DNA of 63,924 nt, filler included, from Salisapilia sapeloensis CBS 127946 (lineage: Eukaryota; Protista; Oomycota), in NCBI GenBank assembly GCA_023334545.1. It is 14 parts of 14 records of this genome, joined end to end, with 100 filler letters (N's around TTAATTAATTAA, not from the genome) between each part and the next. Parts side by side here need not be neighbours in the genome. Positions count along the whole stretch, not along the records: positions 49,544 to 59,099 come from JAADVB010000464.1; positions 59,200 to 61,404 come from JAADVB010000939.1; positions 61,505 to 62,714 come from JAADVB010001247.1; positions 62,815 to 63,924 come from JAADVB010001305.1; 10 more parts are not named here. One strand, 5' to 3'. The position numbers and the translations under genes are program-made. Positions 55,900-63,924 of this stretch are shown here, piece after piece. Position 1 is the first letter of the stretch. Each line of letters opens with the position of its first letter. The notes under the pieces are model-generated. The model saw nothing but the letters and a program-made list of their open reading frames with translations. It was not told the DNA's origin and did not search any database.

Positions 55900-58348
55900 A
55901 AAAGTAGTCTGGCTATACGGTTACATTGCCAGCTTGCATCATTATCGAATTTTCAAAAGCTGATCTATCCTTGCTTTGGTTTCGATTAACATTCTTGGAG
56001 ATTCGACTTTGTACTTCTTGTAGCCTCATTTTCGATCAGACTCACTATAATACGGTCTCTCTTGCAATATTCGCCAAAGCTTTTTGAATGAGAAGCGCAT
56101 CTGTAGATGATCGACCGCGTGTGCTTCCAACTTTTCAGAGTATCTCCTTCCGATGATATAAAATCGAATGACTCGAACACCGACGCTACATATGTGAGCT
56201 TCCAAGACGATTTTGCCGACTTTAGCACCTCCTAATGAAGCTCAATTACCAGCAAGTAAAAATTTCGTCGTGATAGATCCCACAATTCCAACAGAAATAT
56301 CTTTTGTGCAGTTTTCAAAGATACAGTCTTGATCTACCGATGCTTGACATACCATCGCCGATCCTCTTCGTCACTTTATTGAGGCCTCGCTCAGGCTGGC
56401 AAAACACTAACATACAAGCTTAGCTGACCGCCTTGTAAGCAATGCTAGGATGCAATCTGAAAAGTTTATGAAGATTTGCTTTATAAATACCTCGACAGTA
56501 TCCCAATACGCCATATACGAGTTTCCTCTTTCGCTTTCTTTGACAGCGTGTATCATGTCGAAACAAGTATCTGCATCGGATATAGCTAACTGTATCTCAA
56601 GCACACAGCGTTTCCGACGAACGATTGACAATGTTTCCACTTGCTCTGCTTTTGTTGGCTTAACATATAAAAACGCCTCGCGATCATTATACATTTGTCT
56701 ATATTTACAGGACTTCATCACTGCCTGACAAGTAGCTATGTAGCTTGGCTTGTCGTAAAGCCGCCGCTTTGTCTTCCAAACTATACAATCGAAACTGCTT
56801 CCACTTTTCCATGCGTTCGTGTAGTACTGAGAATACAACTTTAGTTTACAGCCGATCATGAGTTAAAAGTAAACATTTCAACACTACCGTCAAGCCGTCG
56901 GTGTCTAGTAAGCTTCCGGAACAGCTTCTTTCTTATGCGTCGTATAATCAAAACATGCTAGACGGGATAGCAAAATAGATACTTTAGCATCGTATGTATC
57001 ATCAAATCATGACAATGATAGTCTAGGTCGATACATACGCGAAAGTATGCCATTATCCTTGCTTTAAGAATCATGTTGTAGTGTCTCTCACTGCGTTTTA
57101 TAGCCGCATTCTCACTATAGCATTCAATTTAGTTGGAAATGGCAACTGGAAATCTAGATAAAGCATTCAATGCAAACGGACATGAAAAGCCAGGATGTCC
57201 AATAAAGTTTCCAAGACATGAACGTCTTCAACATGGTGCTTCGCTTGTAGTGCTTGCAAGCCAGTACCTTTATCTTTTCCATACGCTGATTCACAGCAAT
57301 GTTGCGAGATAAGTTGCCCAGCACCTTTCCTACCGATACCTTACGAAACTGTTGGTCGGCTTGCCTCTTCATGCGACAAACTAGCGCAAAGATGACCCAT
57401 CGACGAAACCGCTTTCGAGGCTCATTTTGCTTCCACCTTTGAATAGAATCCATCATACGAACCTTGATAAGCTCCTTTTTGACCCGCTCGTTCGAATCGA
57501 CGTACTGCTCCCGATAATACTCCAGTCGCGTGTCATCTTGTAACCTCGACCAGCATTGCACGCGAAATTCTTTTAAAAGCTCAGGCTGTTTCTCTATGAC
57601 ATCGATAAGCTTACCAGAGACGCATACACACACGAGTGTACTTACTGATGTAATCATGGAATTGCTTTTCAGATATTAACTCCGTATTAGTGCTATCCGT
57701 AAGTTGCTCAACATAAGGAAGGATCTTCTTTTCACTCGCTCGGCCTTCACAAGCTGTCATCAGAATTAGCGATAGCTCACTCGACTTCTTTACACCGCAT
57801 GTTGTCGATGCATAAATGTCAAATAGCCGCATGAACATATCCAGAGGATCATTTCGCCAATGCACTTGGATACTCAACGCAGAGCAAATCTCACGGTAAT
57901 CTGCCAACAATGACGTGGCCTGCTGGAAAGACTCAAACACTTTGCGAAGAACAGGTTCCAATGGTGGGCTCGAGCAGTCCAACCTCGTAGCAGAATAGAA
58001 GACTGCTTGGAACTGGGATAGCGATACAGCAGGATTGACAAAACGCGTTCGACAGACCCGCATCAGATCCTCAAACCAGATCGATTTGGTCGCTTTCATC
58101 TCGTTCGCAATGGCATGATAAAACCGCCGGACATGCGTCCATCTCGTATGGAAAGCAAAATGATGATTTTGATGAATTCTAATCATATTGGATTGCAGCA
58201 GCTTCAAGTTCTCCTTTAAAAGCAAATCATCTCGTCTATCTTTCACTCTCCAGCTATCCCATCGTTCATCATTGTCGACTCTAGTCGGTGTAGCTGCCTT
58301 CGACAAAGGTGACAAGTCCGACCTTGAAACCTTTCTTTGATTCTTCAT
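55900..58348 (-). CDS. Large multi-exon EF-hand-like + Sfi1-like repeat / coiled-coil protein (3' end approximate)
   Basis: DYREICSALS...MFMRLFDIY; RFRRW, ACKHYKRSTMLKTFMSWK, SERHYNMILK; ORF pieces 57611-58348, 57154-57657 and 56407-56859 separated by GT-AG segments. Confidence 0.55.
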
Positions 58349-58687
58349 TCTAGAGCCTACTCGATAGCAATATTAATACTCTGACTTGAAACGCCTTCTC
58401 TAAGGTAATCAAAGTACAAATCATTATGCTGCATCTTCCTCACCAATACTCCCTCCCCGTAGCGAAGGTCTCCCTCCTGCATCTCATTTTACCTTCAATT
58501 CCCTACATAAGCCTACAAGAAAGCATCCGAAGGCATATCGGGTAGCTTAAAGACCGTCTAATCTGCTATTAAACGACACGAATCAACCATCGAAAACCAC
58601 ATACGAAATCCAAGAAATTCAAACATGTATTGAAGAGGTAAACAATCAACTAGCCTGACATCACCTCTTCATCACGTGCCATGCAGT

Positions 58688-59099
58688 CTATTTGTTGTAA
58701 ACACCACGAGCAACACCTTGCTCTTCCTCTTGTTGGCTCGCGAAGGAGTTGAAGATCTGCTCCAGCGTCGTCTGGGACACCGAGTACTCCTTGATGTTCA
58801 TCTCCGTCTTGATGTCCTCCACCAGCGCAAAGACCTTGGACAGCTTGAGCTCATTATGCTCCAGATCCTTGAGCTTAAACCGACAAAAGTCGTTCTGGCG
58901 CTCCATGACGATCACGCCGTCCTTGCCGAACTCGTTCTCGAGGTACGTCAGCAGGGCGTCGAAGCGCGTCTCTTCGATGCACCACGAGTAGAAGGCTCTC
59001 GCGCGGACGTATCCGTCTCGTTCCAGAGCCGCCGCCAAGTTGTAGCCGGTGGCGTGCGTCGACGTGAGTCGTTCGGCGTACTCTTCGTGTCCAAAGTGG
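58688..59099 (-). CDS. ABCA transporter, 3' end
   Basis: LSKVFALVEDIKTEMNIKEYSVSQTTLEQIFNSFASQQEEE. Confidence 0.9.
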
Positions 59100-60107
59100 N
59101 NNNNNNNNNNNNNNNNNNNNNNNNNNNNNNNNNNNNNNNNNNNTTAATTAATTAANNNNNNNNNNNNNNNNNNNNNNNNNNNNNNNNNNNNNNNNNNNNA
59201 ATGCATAAGCGAGTGTTCTATACTGCCCATTGAGATGCGAATTCATATTCTTGGTTTGTCTATGTCTTCGTCTCTAATGCGATTAGGAAGAAAAGATCTT
59301 GGAGAAGACTTCAAGTCGCACTTGGTTCTCGGCATGTGCACATTTGAAAAAGCGCGCGAAAGACTTGGTGAGCTCTTCGCTTTACTTGCGCTAGTGAGCT
59401 CTTCGCTACTATTTCGGAACAGGCATAGTACAGTGGTGGGCGAAATAGTTGAGCGACATTGTGACTTATACTGTTCTATGTCCCACTGAAATGGCGAAGA
59501 GCTCAATGTCGCAAGTAAAGCGAACGATACTTCAACCTGAATGACTTCCGATGATACGCTCGACAATATTCCCGCCAAAGCGTGACAGAGGAGCGGACAA
59601 TACACGTGGATAGATAGGAATAGGGAGATGGATAGCAACGTAATAGTAGGATGAACCGCCAAAGACTTGGCCATTGATTTTTATTGCAGTTTTTGCATGT
59701 TTGTTTTCACGATGCCAATAATGCTTTGCATAATACCCGAGTTTCTGCTCAACAAACACAACCTTTTCTATTCTTGCTTACTTTTGGTTCTGCTACTAGG
59801 TTGACTTATAGACAAACTATCAATTTGCCCTCAAATAGTATCCTCATTTATAAGCTCCCTCCATTATGGCCATGATACATGGATATCGATGTAATACGTG
59901 TCATGAAATTAGGAGTAGTGGTTTTCTCCAGTATATAGTTGACACTTTGCACACCTATGTGGCTGAAACTACTTTAAAAGCGAGATCTTATAGCTGACAA
60001 GACTCTACTTTTGCTGATCGATCGGTTCATCATGCCATTCAGCGAGCTACAAATAGAAATAATCCAGAGAAACTCAATCACGGTAGACACCCCCAATACT
60101 CACTGAA

Positions 60108-61404
60108 ATGCAGACCTCTACACCATTAAGCGAGAAACTTACTAAGCTGGAAAGGTTAAGAAGAATCTGGCGACTCTTTCAAGTATCTCGTAAAGGTGCA
60201 TACTCTGTGGAGGCAGTGCAGGCGTTTCGAGAGTACTCTACAAAGTCATGGATAAAGAGCTTCGGTCTCCTTCTTGCAGTACCGCTACCTGCAGTCATAC
60301 TCATGATTGGTCAAGAGTGCATTCCGCTTGCATCTCCGAACGCAGGGTGGAAGGCGAATTACAACTTCTACACTCGTCTCTCTGGGTTTCTATTCATCTG
60401 TCACGTCTGCTGTGATATCCAGCTTATCGGTACACATTCCGGAGAGTTCATATCGCCACGGGCTATCCTTTTCACATCTACCATAGCGACAGCGACACAG
60501 ACAGGATTTTCTGTGCTCTGTAGCGATGGATGGATGTTCCCTATCCCATTCTGCCTCCTGATCGTGACGATAATAGGAGCACTGTTCATTACGTTATTAA
60601 TCCTTTACATCTCTACGCAGCACAACTTGTCAGATACCATGGCCTACGGCACATTTGCGAAAACGACCGTCATGTTGCTGCTAGCACAATCTGCGTTGCT
60701 AGTCGTGTATCCAGCTTTCTCGGCGGTGTTTATCAGGCTTGAAGGATTGAAGCAAGCTGCGTTCGTACTTGTGCTTCCGATTATCAAAGTCGTCATGAAA
60801 AACTTAATCGCAAACCTTTTCGTCTCGATGCCAAAAGACATTGTCCACACGACCGTTTTCTCTGTGGAGCTATTTAATGCATTCTACGTCTCCATGTCGA
60901 TGCAGACTGCCGTGTCATTGTGGGCTACTGTGATGCTTATCGCATTCGATGCCCTCAATTCGATGTGGTCGCTCTATTCGATACAGCAAGCGTCTCAGAA
61001 AGTACTGAAGCTGCAAAATAAGGTAGAGAATCGTGAGCACAAGGACCTGCTGTCCATGGTGCTTCAATATGCTCTACAGCTATCGAATGCATCACTTGCA
61101 AGTGGAAAGCAAACACCAAAGGAGGTGGAAAGAGTTAAGAAAAGTAAGGTATCTCCTGAGCCTACAGAAAAGCCCAAGGGTCTTGTCAAAGGTAAACTAT
61201 ATACTTCTTGGCATACAACGAAAGAGACCACTGTCATTCCATTTTCACCGACGACGCGTGAAGTGACGAGAAACAAGCTCGAACTGTTTCATCCGAGTGG
61301 CCGCAGCAAGTTGAGTAGTGAAGACCAGGTGATCATGACAGACAATGACAAATCTATGCTCTTACAGGAAGCACAATCTCTGCTCTTTAGATGCGAATAC
61401 TTGG
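60108..61404 (+). CDS. Oomycete-family multi-pass membrane protein of unknown function (3'-truncated)
   Basis: GAYSVEAV, CIPLASPNAGWKANY, VYPAFSAVF, FVLVLPIIK, VFSVELFNAFY, LLFRCEY; about 9-10 hydrophobic segments. Confidence 0.8.
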
Positions 61405-61504
61405 NNNNNNNNNNNNNNNNNNNNNNNNNNNNNNNNNNNNNNNNNNNNTTAATTAATTAANNNNNNNNNNNNNNNNNNNNNNNNNNNNNNNNNNNNNNNN
61501 NNNN

Positions 61505-62714
61505 GTCCGTCCTTCTTGTAGCTGAACTGGACGTCCTGGAACTGGATGTCTCCGTTCGTCGGCCACTCGACCGGGGGGTCGATCACCAGCGCCTTCTCAC
61601 TCCCTTCCGGTTCGATTGAAGCATACTCCAGCACTCGTTCAGGACAAACCATACTGATCTCGATGTGAGCCCATCGCTGCACTAGCTCTCCGAGACCCTG
61701 GTCGACGCTAAGAGCATACGTAAACGCGACACCAACAAGTCCGGGAGAAAGGATGCCACGCAGGAAGAAGAGTCCGGATAAGACAAGAATGATAACACCG
61801 CAGCTGATGAACTGCATCCTCATCTCGAACCAGACATTGACAATCACGGATCCGATCCACGCACGACTGTTCTTTTCCATGAGCTTATCCCCAGCCATGA
61901 TCGTACGATCTGCACAGTCTTTACCATAGGCACGAATCACAGCAGAGCCTTCATCTGCTTGAGAACAATAGCTTAGTGCAGGAGAAGTCGTAGTTCGCAT
62001 CAGTCTCGAGATCTCTCGAGAAGGTGCGAGGAAGAACTGACCGATCTTGAGGTACACGTAGGTGATCGGTATGATGAAGATGCCGACGTACTGGATGATG
62101 TACAGTGCAGTGACAAGTTGGAAGATCGAAACAGATCCACTTGCGAGGAGACTACCGAATTCGAAGAGCAAGCTCAGATCGATCTGACTGATATCATCCG
62201 AGTAGCGAGTAAGGATACGTCCAATCGGGTTGCTATCGAAGAAAGCGAGTGGGGCGTGGAGTAGAGAGTGGGTCATGTGCTCAAAGAGGCGCTTGCCAGA
62301 ATGGAGTTGAGCGAAAGCAGTCGCAAACGACCGTGCTGCCACCATACATGAGGCGGCAAAGCCCAGTAGAGCGTAGATCTGCATGTTGTATAGCGTCTCG
62401 GTCGGTTCATCAGCAGTCAGGTTCTCGTCTGTCCAGTGGCTCATCCACAAGTCGCTTCCGATCTTAAATGCCTGCCACAACCCCAAAATGAGTCCCATGA
62501 CTATCGCGAGTTTGAACCCACCGACAGCGTGGAAGAACTGCAAGAAAACTTCCTTGGACACACGTCCATCTTCTCGCTCCTCTTCTACTGTAAATTGACC
62601 GCTCGGAGGACTGCTTTCCACTTCTCCATCCGCTTCCGATCTCACACTCACCGATGAGCTCGGAGGCGTAGGCGAGAGATAGTGCGAACGACGATGCTCC
62701 AGGTCCGAACGAGA
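61505..62714 (-). CDS. ABCC/MRP transporter internal fragment (TMD2 to start of NBD2)
   Basis: EEEREDGRVS; APLAFFDSNPIGRILTRYSDD; MVCPERVLEY; WPTNGDIQFQDVQFSY; open across the whole contig. Confidence 0.93.
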
Positions 62715-62815
62715 NNNNNNNNNNNNNNNNNNNNNNNNNNNNNNNNNNNNNNNNNNNNTTAATTAATTAANNNNNNNNNNNNNNNNNNNNNNNNNNNNNN
62801 NNNNNNNNNNNNNNC

Positions 62816-62983
62816 GACTTTGCCCTGTTACAGCTGGTCGCCATCGGTCGTGTGGAAATTCAATTATCCACAGGTGAAAACGATGAAATGGAAGAGCTTG
62901 CTAAGGCCTGTGTAAGCTTGGATCCTTCGGTGAGACCGACTGCTGCAAAGGTGCTATACACCATTCATGAGCTGGTAAAGTAG
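62816..62983 (+). CDS. TKL protein kinase, 3' end
   Basis: DFALLQLVAIGRVEI...LAKACVSLDPSVRPTAAKVLY...*. Confidence 0.8.
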   Translation, partial: DFALLQLVAIGRVEIQLSTGENDEMEELAKACVSLDPSVRPTAAKVLYTIHELVK

Positions 62984-63221
62984 GGACTGCAGATGTGCGT
63001 TTACTGCAAAGTCCGTGATTGAGTATAGTTAAGAAAATAAATGCTGTACGAACGGGGCGTTTCGTTTGATTGATAGGATGCATAATAGAAAATTACTTTT
63101 TTAACTCGAATGAATACTAATACATTTGCGTGCCATCTGCCATCTTTGATGTCTCGCACTTTTAGCTCATGCAATTTCGTATATTCACGGGTAAATGTAT
63201 AATATTAATAGCGAAGCATAT

Positions 63222-63313
63222 CCCGATCAAAAGTAAATTTTTTTGGGTCCTATGTGGTCCTTACCGTATCGGATCAAGGACTATATAGGACCACAAATAA
63301 ATTCTACCCGATC
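63222..63313. repeat. Imperfect hairpin flanked by a 7-bp direct repeat (CCCGATC)
   Basis: GTCCTATGTGGTCCTT-13 nt-AAGGACTATATAGGAC (14/16 paired); CCCGATC at 63222-63228 and 63307-63313. Confidence 0.5.
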
Positions 63314-63924
63314 GAAGCATGTAGTGGTGTGTAGTCGACCTATTTTCCTATTAAATTAAGGTAGACGTAGAATAGACTTTTAAAGTTTAATATACTTCCA
63401 ACCTTTACCACAACAAAACTTTCCAATTGAGCTGTAAAATTTACTCTGCCTTAGCAAGCGTTCATTAAAATGTCGCAAATGGAGTAGTGCTTAACGAATA
63501 TAACTAGCTCTTCATAAATTTCACTGTCTTACACTGTCATTTTATTATTCTTACTGCATAGCTCAGCATCCGAGCATGACAAGCCGCTCGTGGAGCGAGC
63601 GACAACAGCTAGTACGATACACAGAAAGCAGTAGACAATAGCATCATATTAATTGCTCCTCTGAAAAAAACTAAATCCTAAAAGAGCAAATCCAACTTCA
63701 CATCAGCTTTAACATTCAAGTATCACGTTTCTTTCTGCCCTCCATCCTACAGCGGTTACCTCATGCTGGCGAAGTTGCAGCTTAGTCATCTTCAGCCACG
63801 CCAGTTACCGACCACGCTCTTGATTGTTGAGGGAAAGCTCCGAGATGCTACCCCTCCATACATTCTCAATCATCGTATTCAACTCATCTCCATCCTCCGC
63901 AGCACCTTGTGCGGAGGCATCTTC

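Noticed and set aside
59367-59410. GTGAGCTCTTCGCT repeated twice 27 bp apart
   Set aside because: Two copies only; consistent with local slippage duplication
48940-62714. Apparent ABC transporter cluster (ABCG, ABCA x2, ABCC)
   Set aside because: They lie on three different contigs joined by linkers; large paralog families simply break assemblies

Overview
This is not one locus. It is 14 unordered contigs joined by an artificial 100-nt linker (44 N + TTAATTAATTAA + 44 N), so adjacency across linkers means nothing. The DNA is eukaryotic nuclear DNA from a zoosporic oomycete, probably peronosporalean (Pythium/Phytophthora-like). Evidence: compact genes with short (about 45-65 nt) GT-AG introns, a perfect oomycete Inr+FPR core promoter, oomycete-expanded families (START+FYVE, TKL kinases, PDR/ABCA/ABCC transporters, GH6, Myb-like) and flagellar genes (DRC1, IFT43-like, ARL2BP, EFCAB10). 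I can support about 40 genes or gene fragments, plus LINE, Harbinger and kinase relics. I saw no rRNA, tRNA or CRISPR. The most interesting items are: (1) a CENP-B/psq-type HTH fused to a catalytically dead UPRTase fold, a candidate nucleotide-sensing transcription factor with PurR/PyrR-like logic; (2) two contigs each bracketed by inverted paralogs that switch abruptly from diverged to 100% identical, i.e. candidate gene-converted palindrome arms or invertible segments; (3) a bacterial-type GH123/DUF4091 enzyme with an NLS-like motif and no signal peptide; (4) a head-to-head SPFH pair with a duplicated promoter element; (5) a trypsin with Arg at the S1 specificity position; and (6) sharp GC3 steps inside genes. 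Exon boundaries were read by eye and family calls come from motif recognition; no database searches were run.
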